A stretch of DNA of 64,000 nucleotides, taken from an uncultured Acidobacteriota bacterium. GTDB lineage: Bacteria > Acidobacteriota > Thermoanaerobaculia > UBA5066 > Gp7-AA6. This document shows positions 37,341-46,174 of the stretch, one piece after another (positions within the stretch are counted from its first letter, which is position 1; every line of letters begins with the position of its first letter). The notes beneath the pieces are model-generated. The model did no database searches. It had not been told where the DNA came from and was given only the letters and a program-made list of their open reading frames with translations. A program made the translations under genes and the position numbers. The stretch is taken from positions 97,183 through 161,182 of the forward strand of contig CAVQCH010000007.1 of the NCBI GenBank assembly GCA_963710945.1, in the 5' to 3' direction.

Positions 37341-37600
37341 TCGACGCGGGACCGGCTCGTTCAGTACGGGATCCCTCGCTACGCTCGGGATGACAGGCGT
37401 TAGGCGCAGGGGCTGGTGAGCTGCCTGGGCCGGCTCCCTTTAGCCTGTCATTCCGAGGAGCGTAGCGACGAGGAGCCGCCCACCAACGGCAAACCCCCGG
37501 CAGTAGGCAACGTCGCGCGAAGCGCGGCGTTTATCCCGGACTCGACACGGGACGCGGCTTATCCAGTACGGGATCCCTCGCTACGCTCGGGATGACAGGC
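37341..37600. repeat. cluster of family A arms plus the hairpin unit seen at 25385-25495
   Basis: Three A arms (37366-37399, 37443-37475, 37567-37600) and ...ccaccaacggcaaacccccggcagtaggcaacgtcgcgcgaagcgcggcgtt.... Confidence 0.7.
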
Positions 37601-37666
37601 TAAATGCCCGCGGGACGAGAGGCGCAGTTCGCGCGGGGCGACGGCCGTCGGGGGTTAGGGACGCCG

Positions 37667-38380
37667 CTAGGTCTGCCCGTACACCGGCACGGCCGCCCCG
37701 TGGATCAACTTCGACTCGTCGCTGCAGAGATAGAGGACGACGCGCGCGATCTCCTCGGGCTTCGGCCACTTCGAGAAGTCCGCCTTCGGCATCGCCTTCC
37801 GGTTGGCCTCGGTGTCGATGATGCTCGGGAGGATGGAGTTGGCGCGCACGCCGGTGCCCTTCAGGTCCGCCGCCAGCGAGTCGATCATCGCTACCGCGCC
37901 CGCTTTCGACGCGGCGTAGGCGCTCTCGCCCGGCCCGTGAACGAGCGCCGAGCGCGAGGCGACGTTGACGATCGCGCCGCGGCCCTGCTTGAGCATCGCG
38001 GGCACGGCCGCGCGCGCGAGGGCGTAGCCCGAGCGCAGGTTCAGGAGCAGCATCTGGTCGAACGCCTTCGTGTCCATCTCCCAGAGCTTCGCGCCGCCCG
38101 CGTAGCCGCCGACGGCATTGACCAGCGCGTCGAGGCGCCCGTGCCGCGCGACGAGCTCGTCCACGAGGGCGCGCGTGGCGGCTTCGTCCGTGACGTCCAC
38201 GCGATGGCCGGTCAGCCGCGACGCGCCGACGAGTGCGGCCGACTCGAGAGCCGCGAGCTCGGCCGGATTGCGAAACGTGACGGCGACCGTCGCCCTCTCG
38301 GCGAGAAACGCGAGGGAGACGGCGCGGCCGAGGCCGCCCGTTCCGCCTGCTACGAGAACGATCTTGTCCTTGAAGGGCAT
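37667..38380 (-). CDS. SDR-family oxidoreductase
   Basis: ATG 38380 (MPFKDKIVLVAGGTGGLGRAV...), catalytic YAASKAG. This is the C-terminal part of track ORF 37667..39754, whose upstream part is a shadow frame of the next gene. Confidence 0.8.
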   Translation of the reverse strand: MPFKDKIVLVAGGTGGLGRAVSLAFLAERATVAVTFRNPAELAALESAALVGASRLTGHRVDVTDEAATRALVDELVARHGRLDALVNAVGGYAGGAKLWEMDTKAFDQMLLLNLRSGYALARAAVPAMLKQGRGAIVNVASRSALVHGPGESAYAASKAGAVAMIDSLAADLKGTGVRANSILPSIIDTEANRKAMPKADFSKWPKPEEIARVVLYLCSDESKLIHGAAVPVYGQT

Positions 38381-38394
38381 GACAGCTCCGAACC

Positions 38395-39909
38395 TCAGCC
38401 TTCCATCTGCTTCTCGGCCTTCAGCGAGGCGAGATCCCGCGAGATCGTCGCGACGGCAAGCGTACGCCCGGCGCGCCTGTAGGTCACGGCGCAGTCCCGC
38501 CCTTCGAGCGAGCCCTCGATCTCGATTGCGTCCCACTTCTCGGCGTGCCCGACGTAGTTGATCGCCATGTCGTAGTGCTGGCTCCAGAAGAACGGGACGC
38601 CGTCGTATCGCTCGCGGCGCCCGAGGATGTTGCGCGCGGCGGTCTGTCCCTGGCTCTCGGCCACGACCCAGTGCTCGACGCGGATCCGTTCCCCGCTGTG
38701 CGGGTCCGGCCACCGCGCGATGTCGCCCGCGGCCCAGACGCCTTCGGCGCTCGTGCGGAGATGCTCGTCCACGACGACGCCGCGGTCGATCGCGAGGCCG
38801 GCCTTCTCGGCCAGTGTCACGTCCGGGCGCACGCCGATGCCGGCGACCACCAGGTCGGCGTCGATGCGGCTGCCGTCCTTGAGCTCCACCGAGCCGGCCT
38901 GGATCTTCGCGAGGGTCTGGCCGAGGTGGAACCGGACGCCGTGCTGCTCGTGCACGGCGCGGACGAGGGCACCGAGCTCGGGGCCGAGGACGCGCAGCAT
39001 GGGCACCGGGTCCGGAGCCACGACGTGGACCTCGAGCTTGCGCGCGACGAGCGAGGCCGCCGCTTCGAGGCCGATGAAGCTCGCGCCGACGACGACCGCT
39101 TTCCGGGCGGCGCCCGCGGACGCGATGATCGCGTCGGCATCCCGCATGGTCCGCACCGTGTGGACGTGGGGCAGGTCGGCGCCGGGGATGTCGAGCTTGA
39201 CCGCGTTCGCGCCGGTCGCGAGCAGGAGCGCTCCGTAGTCGAGAGACCGGCCGTCGTCGAGCGCGACCCGGCGATTGGCGGGCGCGAGCGCGGTGGCGCG
39301 CCGCCCGAGCAGCGGCACGATGCGATTGCTCTCGTACCAATCCGCGGGGCGCAGCGGCATCCACTCGGCCGGCGCGTTGCCGGCAAGGTAGTCCTTCGAG
39401 ACGTTCGGGCGGTCGTACGGCGCGGCGGCGTCGGCGCAGAGAAGGGTGACGGGGCCGTCGTACCCTTCTCGGCGGAGCATTTCCGCGGCGGCGAATCCCG
39501 CCGCCCCGCCGCCGATGATCAGGACGGAAGCGGGCGGAGAGTCGATCTTCGCGGGCGGCGTCGCCTTGCGGCGCGATCCCGTCAGGAAGACGCGGTCGCC
39601 GCGATGCTCGACGACCCAGGAGGCGACGGGGTCTATCGCCGGCGGCCGCGAGGCCTCCCCGGTCTCCGCGTCGAACGCGGCATGGTGCCAGGGACAGCGC
39701 ACGCACCGGCCGTCGAAGAGCCCGTCGCCGAGAGGGCCCCCGTAGTGCGTGCACTTTCCGCCGAGGGCGAGCACTTTGCCGTCCTTTCGCACCAGGACGA
39801 CGGGCTCGTTCTCGAAGTGCCCGACCAGCATCCCGCCGTCGGGAACGTCGGCGATGGGCGCCCCTGCTTTGCCGAGGTCCGGGCCGGGGAGGGGTTCAGC
39901 GTCGGCCAT
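38395..39909 (-). CDS. Rieske [2Fe-2S] domain fused to FAD/NAD(P)-dependent pyridine-nucleotide-disulfide oxidoreductase
   Basis: CTHYGGPL...CPWHHAAF Rieske motif, then VLIIGGGAAGFAAA and VVVGASFIGLEAA dinucleotide folds. Start is ATG 39909 or ATG 39930. Confidence 0.8.
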   Translation of the reverse strand: MADAEPLPGPDLGKAGAPIADVPDGGMLVGHFENEPVVLVRKDGKVLALGGKCTHYGGPLGDGLFDGRCVRCPWHHAAFDAETGEASRPPAIDPVASWVVEHRGDRVFLTGSRRKATPPAKIDSPPASVLIIGGGAAGFAAAEMLRREGYDGPVTLLCADAAAPYDRPNVSKDYLAGNAPAEWMPLRPADWYESNRIVPLLGRRATALAPANRRVALDDGRSLDYGALLLATGANAVKLDIPGADLPHVHTVRTMRDADAIIASAGAARKAVVVGASFIGLEAAASLVARKLEVHVVAPDPVPMLRVLGPELGALVRAVHEQHGVRFHLGQTLAKIQAGSVELKDGSRIDADLVVAGIGVRPDVTLAEKAGLAIDRGVVVDEHLRTSAEGVWAAGDIARWPDPHSGERIRVEHWVVAESQGQTAARNILGRRERYDGVPFFWSQHYDMAINYVGHAEKWDAIEIEGSLEGRDCAVTYRRAGRTLAVATISRDLASLKAEKQMEG

Positions 39910-40070
39910 GGGGAGTGAGTTTCGTACCATGCGAGCCGTCGGCTGTCCAGGCGGCGTGTCCTCCGGAGGGTCCGGAGCCCGGTGATGGGTGTTGAAATGG
40001 CTGGGGCGGCGGAGTTGAATTCGGGGGACGCTACGAGTTGCAGGGTTCGACCGAATCGAAGAGGGCAACC

Positions 40071-40679
40071 ATGAAACAAATTCGAATCTTCTCGCCGCTG
40101 GCGGCGCTCGTTCCCGGCATCTTGGCCCTGGCGTTGGTCACCGGGACCGCCTCAGCCGCGGGCGCGCCCGAGACACCCGCGGCGCCGCCTCCGCCGACCG
40201 TCGCTTCCACCGTGGACGGCCAGATCAGCGCGATCGAGAAGCTGGTCGTGGAGGCCGCGCAAGCCATGCCGGAGGACAAGTTCAACTTCTCTCCCGAGGG
40301 CTTGAACATTCCCGGCAGCGACTACAAGGGCGTGCGCACGTTCGCCCTGCAGGTCAGGCACGTCGCCGCCTCCAACTATGCGCTGTGGGCGCCTCTCACC
40401 GGCGACGAGTTCCCGGCGGACTGGAAAGGCGGGAACGGGCCCGAGACGCTGAAGACCAGGGCCCAGATCATCCAGTTCCTCAGGGATTCGTTCGCCCTCG
40501 GGCACAAGGCGGCGGCGACGCTGACGGTTCAGAACATGTTGGAGGCGGCGGTGCCCAGCAAGACGTCCCGCCTGTACCGCGCGACGTTTGCCGTAGCGCA
40601 CGCCTACGATCATTACGGACAGATGGTGGAATACCTGCGCATGAACGGAATCGTGCCGCCGGCGAGCCAGGGAAAGTAG
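40071..40679 (+). CDS. DinB-family (DinB_2) protein with signal peptide
   Basis: ATG 40071. Signal MKQIRIFSPLAALVPGILALALVTGTASA. ...FALQVRHVAASNY...AHAYDHYGQMVEYLRMNG is a typical DinB-fold His triad region. Confidence 0.65.
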   Translation: MKQIRIFSPLAALVPGILALALVTGTASAAGAPETPAAPPPPTVASTVDGQISAIEKLVVEAAQAMPEDKFNFSPEGLNIPGSDYKGVRTFALQVRHVAASNYALWAPLTGDEFPADWKGGNGPETLKTRAQIIQFLRDSFALGHKAAATLTVQNMLEAAVPSKTSRLYRATFAVAHAYDHYGQMVEYLRMNGIVPPASQGK

Positions 40680-40686
40680 CAGCGTC

Positions 40687-41679
40687 ATGAGCCGCCGCAC
40701 CGCCGTTCTTGCCGTCCTTCTTCTTGCGCCGATCGCGCTGGCCGCCGAGCCTTCGGCCCCGCCCCCGCTCCGCCCGGTCCACACCTACTCGATCGTCGCC
40801 CGCGACCCGGCGACGGGCGAGATGGGTGTCGCCGTCCAGTCGCATGCCTTCTCGGTCGGCTCGGGCGTCACCTGGGCCGAGGCGGGTGTGGGAGCCGTCG
40901 CGACCCAGTCGTTCATCGACCCGAGCTACGGTCCCCTCGGCCTCGCGATGATGCGCGCCGGGCGCAGCGCCCCGGATGCCCTCAAGGGGCTTCTTGCGGC
41001 CGACGACGGGCGCGACGTGCGGCAGGTGGCGATGATCGACGCCTCCGGCCGCGTCGCGGCCCACACCGGCGCGAAGTGCATCCCGGCGGCGGGCGACCAC
41101 GTCGGGGAGAGCTATTCCGTTCAGGCCAACCTGATGGAGAAGGCCACCGTGTGGCCCGCCATGGCAAAGGCGTTCGAAACGGCGCGCGGCGACCTCGCCG
41201 ATCGCATGCTCGCCGCGCTCGACGCCGCCCAGGGGGAGGGGGGCGACATCCGCGGCATGCAGTCAGCCGCGATCCTCGTCGTCAAGGGCGTCTCGAGCGG
41301 GCGGCCGTGGCAGGACCGGATCTTCGACCTCCGCGTCGAAGACAATCCGTCGCCGGTCGCGGAGCTGCGCCGCCTCGTCCGGCTCCAGCGCGCCAACAAC
41401 CTCGCGAGCGAGGGCGACCGGGCGTTGGAGAAGAAGGACGACGCCAGGGCGCTCGAGGCCTATGGCGCGGCCGAGGCCCTCGTCCCCGACGACGCCGAGA
41501 TGGCCTACTGGCACGCCGTCGCTCTCGTGGGCGCGGGGAAGGTGGACGAATCGCTGCCCGTCTTTGCGAAGGCCTACCGCCTCAACCCCAAGTGGCGCGA
41601 GATGGCGCCGCGCCTCGCGAAGGTGGGACTGCTCCCGGACGACCCGAAGGTCGTTGCCCGCATCGTCGCCGTGAAGTAG
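40687..41679 (+). CDS. DUF1028 (Ntn-hydrolase-like) protein with helical C-terminal extension
   Basis: Signal peptide, then HTYSIVARDPATGEMGVAVQSH, the DUF1028 hallmark. Confidence 0.7.
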   Translation: MSRRTAVLAVLLLAPIALAAEPSAPPPLRPVHTYSIVARDPATGEMGVAVQSHAFSVGSGVTWAEAGVGAVATQSFIDPSYGPLGLAMMRAGRSAPDALKGLLAADDGRDVRQVAMIDASGRVAAHTGAKCIPAAGDHVGESYSVQANLMEKATVWPAMAKAFETARGDLADRMLAALDAAQGEGGDIRGMQSAAILVVKGVSSGRPWQDRIFDLRVEDNPSPVAELRRLVRLQRANNLASEGDRALEKKDDARALEAYGAAEALVPDDAEMAYWHAVALVGAGKVDESLPVFAKAYRLNPKWREMAPRLAKVGLLPDDPKVVARIVAVK

Positions 41680-42084
41680 GTACGGTCGTGCGGTGAAACC
41701 GTAACCCCTGCACTCAAACGGCGGCCTGTCTCAACCTTGTCTTAAGGTCTGCCGCCAACCGTCTGGCCGGCGCTCCCGAAAGCTGCAGAAACCCGGCAGA
41801 AGCGCTGCGACTTCCCGCGTGCCGCCGCCGGATCCTCCTCATCTCGAAAGGAGGTCTCCCATGCATTCGCGTTCCGGCAGTTTCGCGGTTCGGTCCCGGC
41901 GTCGCCGAGCGTCGTTGCCATCTCTATCAACGGGATGGGTCGCTTCTCGCCAGGGTCATGACGAGATTGCTCAGAGAGCGATAGCTGGCTCGTTCGCCGG
42001 AGCCCGCTGGGACGTTTTTGATTCACGTGCATCATGGCGCCCGCCCTCTCTTTCCATATCGTGAGACCGAAGGCGAGGGGTGCG

Positions 42085-43233
42085 ATGAGCTCGACTCGTT
42101 TGCGCGTCGGCGGAAGAGTTCTGGCCTGGATCGTCGCGCTCGGCGCCGTTAGTCTCGGATATGCACGGGGTGGGGAGCCTGCGCCCACGCTGCCAGTGGG
42201 CCTGCCGACGGACCTGTGGCTGATCCTGATCCCGCCCGACAATCCCGTGACACCCGAGAAAGTGGCGCTCGGCCGCAGGCTCTACTACGACAAGCGCCTG
42301 TCGCGGGACGGGACGCAGTCCTGCGCCAGCTGTCACGATCCGGAAAAGGGGTTCTCCGACGGGAAGAAGATCGCCGAGGGAATCGGCGGCAAGAAGGGCG
42401 CCCGAAACAGCCCCACGGTTCTGAACGCGGTCTTCAACGAGTTTCAGTTCTGGGACGGCCGGGCCGCGACCCTCGAGGAGCAGGCCAAGGGGCCGATGAT
42501 CAATCCCGTCGAGATGGGAATGGAGAGTCACGACGTCGTCGTGGCCGCCGTGCGCGGAGTCCCGGAGTACGAGCAGGCCTTCAGGAAGACTTTCGGCCGG
42601 GAGCCCACCATCGACGACATCGCCGCCGCCATCGCCACCTTCGAGCGCACGGCGGTCAGCGGCGACTCGGCCTTCGACCGCTTCCAGGCGGGAGACAAGA
42701 GCGCCCTCTCCGAGTCGGCGCAGCGCGGCTGGGCACTCTGGAACGGCAAGGCCCGGTGCAACACCTGTCACCCGTTCGGCAACGCCACGCCGAACTTCTC
42801 CGACAACAAGTTCCACAACATCGGGGTCGCGGCGAAGAACCGCGACTTCGCCGGGCTCGCCCGCAAGGCCGCGACCGTGTCGAATCCGAACGAGCTCGCC
42901 TTCAGCCCCGATTTCACGGAGCTCGGCCGCTTCGTCGTCACGAAGCAGCCCAAGGACATCGGCGCCTTCAAGACGCCCGGTCTCCGCGACGTCGCGCTGA
43001 CCGCTCCCTATCTGCACGACGGCAGCGAAGCCACCCTGCTCGACGTCGTCATTTTTTACGACAAGGGCGGCGAGCCGAACCCGTATCTCGACGGAGGCAT
43101 CGTTCCTCTGAAGCTGACCGACCAGGAGAAAAGGGACCTGGTGGCGTTCATGGAGTCATTGACCGGACAGGGCGCGGGCGCGTCCACGCGCGCCGAGCTC
43201 CAGGACCCTGTGAAGAAGGAGGGATCGCGATGA
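42085..43233 (+). CDS. di-heme cytochrome c peroxidase (CCP/MauG family)
   Basis: Two CxxCH sites (CASCHD, CNTCHP), plus ...FNEFQFWDGRA... and ...KTPGLRDVALTAPYLHDGS.... ATG 42085 with a signal-like N-terminus. Confidence 0.85.
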   Translation: MSSTRLRVGGRVLAWIVALGAVSLGYARGGEPAPTLPVGLPTDLWLILIPPDNPVTPEKVALGRRLYYDKRLSRDGTQSCASCHDPEKGFSDGKKIAEGIGGKKGARNSPTVLNAVFNEFQFWDGRAATLEEQAKGPMINPVEMGMESHDVVVAAVRGVPEYEQAFRKTFGREPTIDDIAAAIATFERTAVSGDSAFDRFQAGDKSALSESAQRGWALWNGKARCNTCHPFGNATPNFSDNKFHNIGVAAKNRDFAGLARKAATVSNPNELAFSPDFTELGRFVVTKQPKDIGAFKTPGLRDVALTAPYLHDGSEATLLDVVIFYDKGGEPNPYLDGGIVPLKLTDQEKRDLVAFMESLTGQGAGASTRAELQDPVKKEGSR

Positions 43234-44333
43234 AGGACCGATTCGAAAAATATCTGGAGAGGCGCAAGGCCTACTTCGACCGGATTCTCGGCCTGAACCG
43301 CCGCGACTTCCTGAAGGCCTCGAGCATGGCCGCCGTGACGGCGTACGCCGGCGGGAAGTTCGTGCCCCATTCGTTCCAGCCGGTCGAGGTGAAGGCCGGC
43401 GCGCACGGGGAGAGCTTCACGTTCGCCTACATCTCCGACAGCCACCTCTACCAGAAGTCGCTGAACGAGCGCTTCATGCGCTCGATCCTCAAGGCCGTGG
43501 ACGACGTCAACGCCTTGAACCCGCAGCCCGACTTCATCCTCTACGGCGGCGACCTCGCTCAGCTCGGCCAGCCCAACGAGATTGCAGAGGGGGCCCAGGT
43601 TCTGAAAGCCCTCAAGGCCCCGGTGAGGATGATGGTCGGAGAGCACGACTGGTACTTCGACATGGGCGACGAGTGGCGCAAGCGCTTCGGCAAGGACACC
43701 TACTCCTTCAACCACAAGGGCGTGCACTTTGTCGTTCTCAACTCGGTGATCGTCGAGGACTACTGGACCGGGCCGAAGCTCAGTCCCATGGAGCGCATGC
43801 TGGCCATGGCCCAGCTCGACAACCCCAAGGGCCGGCCCTTCACGGTGGGCGAGGCGCAGCGCGACTGGCTCAAGAAGGACCTGGCAAAGGTCAAGCCCGA
43901 GACGCCGGTCATCGTGTTCTCGCATTCCCCGCTCTACAAGATCTACAAGCCCTGGAACTTCTGGACGGACGACGCCGAGCAGGTCCAGCAGATCCTGTCT
44001 CCCTTCCAAACCGTCACCGTCATTCACGGCCACACCCACCAGGTGCTGACGAACCGGCTCGGCAACATCCAGTTCCACGGCATGCTCTCGACCGCGTGGC
44101 CCTGGCCGTACGCGCCGGAGGGCCTTCCCAAGCTGACCGTGCGGATGAACCGTTCCGACCCGTTCGATGAGCTCGACGGCTGCGGCCGGGGCTCGATCGA
44201 CGTGCTCGGAAGCGGACGCGTCAACGCGGTCTACAACCTCTGGAGCCGCAACCCCATCACGGTCACGGCCGAATACCTCGATTCGAACGGGGCGGCCAGC
44301 GCGCCTCCGCGCGAGACCGACGTCAACTATTAG
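43230..44333 (+). CDS. Tat-exported calcineurin-like metallophosphoesterase
   Basis: ATG 43230 overlaps the CCP stop (ATGA). NRRDFLKASSMAAVTAYAG Tat signal. ISDSHL, GGDLAQ, GEHDW and HGHTH metallophosphoesterase motifs. Confidence 0.75.
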   Translation: MKDRFEKYLERRKAYFDRILGLNRRDFLKASSMAAVTAYAGGKFVPHSFQPVEVKAGAHGESFTFAYISDSHLYQKSLNERFMRSILKAVDDVNALNPQPDFILYGGDLAQLGQPNEIAEGAQVLKALKAPVRMMVGEHDWYFDMGDEWRKRFGKDTYSFNHKGVHFVVLNSVIVEDYWTGPKLSPMERMLAMAQLDNPKGRPFTVGEAQRDWLKKDLAKVKPETPVIVFSHSPLYKIYKPWNFWTDDAEQVQQILSPFQTVTVIHGHTHQVLTNRLGNIQFHGMLSTAWPWPYAPEGLPKLTVRMNRSDPFDELDGCGRGSIDVLGSGRVNAVYNLWSRNPITVTAEYLDSNGAASAPPRETDVNY

Positions 44334-44344
44334 GGAGGAAGAAG

Positions 44345-44923
44345 ATGGCAACGAGCGCTCGAGGAATCTGGCTCCTGGCGGTGGTACCCATGGCCGCTCT
44401 GGCACTGGCCGGCGCCGGTCAGGAACTGCCTCCGGCAGACGCCCAGAAGACGGCCGCGGAGATCATGCACAACTGGCGCAAGAGCGCGGGCGAGCTCCGC
44501 TGGTCCGCCTGGATCGAGGAGGAACAGCAGGCCACCGGCGGGTCCCAGGCCGCGCCCACTCCTTCGGGGCCGGGCCAGTCCACCAAGTTCACGGCCCGCG
44601 ACGCGATGCTCTGGCAGCGAGAAGAGAAGAGCCTGATCGAGGAGGGCTACAAGAACTTCCACAACGCGAAGGCCCTGGGCGGCACCATCGGGATCTCCTG
44701 CGACATGTGCCATCCCAACGCCTCGAACACGCACCCCGAGACGTACCCCAAGTACCAGACGCAATCGAAGAAGGTGGCTCTCCTGCGGGACATGATCAAC
44801 TGGTGCATCGAGAACCCGCTCAAGGGAAAGCCTTTGCCCGACGACGACCCGCGCCTGAAATCCGTCGAGGCGTATATCCTCTCCGCGCGCCAGGGAGTTC
44901 CACTGTCCCCGGGCAAGCACTGA
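44345..44923 (+). CDS. mono-heme c-type cytochrome, secreted
   Basis: Signal peptide, a single CDMCH site, GGGAGG upstream of the ATG. Confidence 0.65.
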   Translation: MATSARGIWLLAVVPMAALALAGAGQELPPADAQKTAAEIMHNWRKSAGELRWSAWIEEEQQATGGSQAAPTPSGPGQSTKFTARDAMLWQREEKSLIEEGYKNFHNAKALGGTIGISCDMCHPNASNTHPETYPKYQTQSKKVALLRDMINWCIENPLKGKPLPDDDPRLKSVEAYILSARQGVPLSPGKH

Positions 44924-45027
44924 TCCGGCGCAGCCGGACCGATCCGGCCTCGCATGACGCCTGACCTGATGCAAGCGGATCATGCCTGGCGCTGCCGGTG
45001 GCGGGAGGATCGCGACTGGGAAGGTAC

Positions 45028-45150
45028 ATGGGCGCGACCCGGCGGGAGTTCATCAAGATCGGCGGCGTCGGGCTCGGAGCGACCACCTTCGGCTCGAGCC
45101 TCTGGGGACGCGGCGGCCCCTTCCCTTCGCGGCAATCATCCCCGTCCTGA
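45028..45150 (+). pseudogene. orphan twin-arginine signal peptide (gene remnant)
   Basis: ATG 45028 encodes MGATRREFIKIGGVGLGATTFGSSLWG..., then stops at 45148-45150 after 40 codons. No mature domain follows in any frame. Confidence 0.35.
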
Positions 45151-45271
45151 TCCTCTTCGGTGGTCTCGCGCTGCGCGGGATCCTGCTTGCCGCGGGGCAG
45201 GCGACCGGCTTCCGCTCCCTTCCATGGGCGGGTTGATCGAAGTAACATCGAGGCTCGACCTTCATCGCCTG

Positions 45272-45838
45272 ATGTCCCTCGTCGCCGTCCTCTGTGCCTC
45301 CGCGCTTGCGCTTGCCGGCGCGGCGCCCGCGTCGTCCGAGCAGGTGGCCGGCGTGCCGAACTTCGCGGTCGTGTCGCCGGTCCTTTCGCGCGGTGGGCAG
45401 CCGACGCGCGAGGGTTTTCGGGCCCTGCGCGAACGCGGTATCCGGACGATCGTCGCGCTGCGCTGGGGGCACGACGACCACGCGGCGCTCGCGGGGCTCG
45501 GCCTGAACTCCTACCGGCTCCGGGCCAAGCAGTGGCACCCGGAGACGGAAGACGTCGTGCGGGCGATGAAGGTGATCCTCACCCCGGAGTACCAGCCCGT
45601 CTTCGTCCACTGCCAGGCCGGGAAGGACCGCACGGGCCTCGTCGTCGCCGTCTACCGGATCCTCGTGGACGGGTGGAGTGTGGAGGAGGCGATCGCCGAG
45701 CGGAAGGGCTTCGGCGCCGCGGACATGTGGGAAGAGAACGTGACGTATCTCCTGCGCCTCCGGAAGGCGGAAGCGAGACGGGATCTCATGGCAGCCATCG
45801 AGGCCGCTCCTGTGCCACCCGTCGTCCCGGTCCCGTAG
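45272..45838 (+). CDS. secreted protein tyrosine/dual-specificity phosphatase
   Basis: Signal MSLVAVLCASALALAGAA. CX5R active site VHCQAGKDRTG. Confidence 0.75.
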   Translation: MSLVAVLCASALALAGAAPASSEQVAGVPNFAVVSPVLSRGGQPTREGFRALRERGIRTIVALRWGHDDHAALAGLGLNSYRLRAKQWHPETEDVVRAMKVILTPEYQPVFVHCQAGKDRTGLVVAVYRILVDGWSVEEAIAERKGFGAADMWEENVTYLLRLRKAEARRDLMAAIEAAPVPPVVPVP

Positions 45839-45885
45839 GTTCCCTCGTCGACACCGCAACCATTCCTCCCCGGGATGGGTTATCA

Positions 45886-46107
45886 ATGGCGACGATGATG
45901 AAAACCTTCTTTTCGTTTTTCGATACGGCGATCGGCGCGTGCGGCATCGCCTGGGACGAGCGCGGAGTCATCGGGACGTGGTTGCCGGAGTCGGATGCCG
46001 CCGCCCTGCGGCGCCGTGTTGTCAGTCGCCTCGACGCCTCGCTCTGTCTGCCCAGAATTAATGAAACGAGCTACTCGCCCGGCTCGGCCGCCTTCTTGTC
46101 CGCCTGA
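45886..46107 (+). pseudogene. N-terminal fragment of an MGMT-family (methylated-DNA-protein-cysteine methyltransferase-like) gene
   Basis: MATMMKTFFSFFDTAIGACGIAWDERGVIGTWLPESDAAALRRR resembles the N-termini of short MGMT-family proteins. After ~46035 the sequence turns AT-richer and unrelated (LCLPRINETSY). No PCHR active-site region follows. Confidence 0.45.
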
Positions 46108-46174
46108 CCGATACGACCTTGAGATGGAAGCTCACGTTCGGAGTCGTCGATCACCCTGACTCGCCGTACGACGA

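Noticed and set aside
11194-37600. Possibility that the recurring ~30-nt family A units form a CRISPR array
   Set aside because: Copies are scattered over 26 kb in separate intergenic gaps. They occur as inverted pairs with a conserved rather than variable spacer. No cas genes are present.
33485-39754. ORFs 33485..35923 N-terminal part, 33911..35992 (-), 34399..35934 (+), 36390..37403 (+) and the first ~450 codons of 37667..39754 (-)
   Set aside because: These are read-through or shadow frames overlapping well-supported genes (HxlR, the TPR-like protein, Nei, the Rieske oxidoreductase). They have no motifs and a biased composition.
41861-42064. 67-codon ORF with a good GAAAGGAGG Shine-Dalgarno in the 400-bp gap upstream of the CCP gene
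   Set aside because: The product is Arg/Ser-rich with no hydrophobic core or motif. The gap may instead hold a promoter or UTR. Evidence is insufficient to call a gene.
41971-44405. ORFs 41971..43017 (-), 43056..44405 (-) and the first part of 42216..44333 (+)
   Set aside because: They lie opposite to, or out of frame with, the CCP and metallophosphoesterase genes, whose heme and metal motifs fix the true frames.
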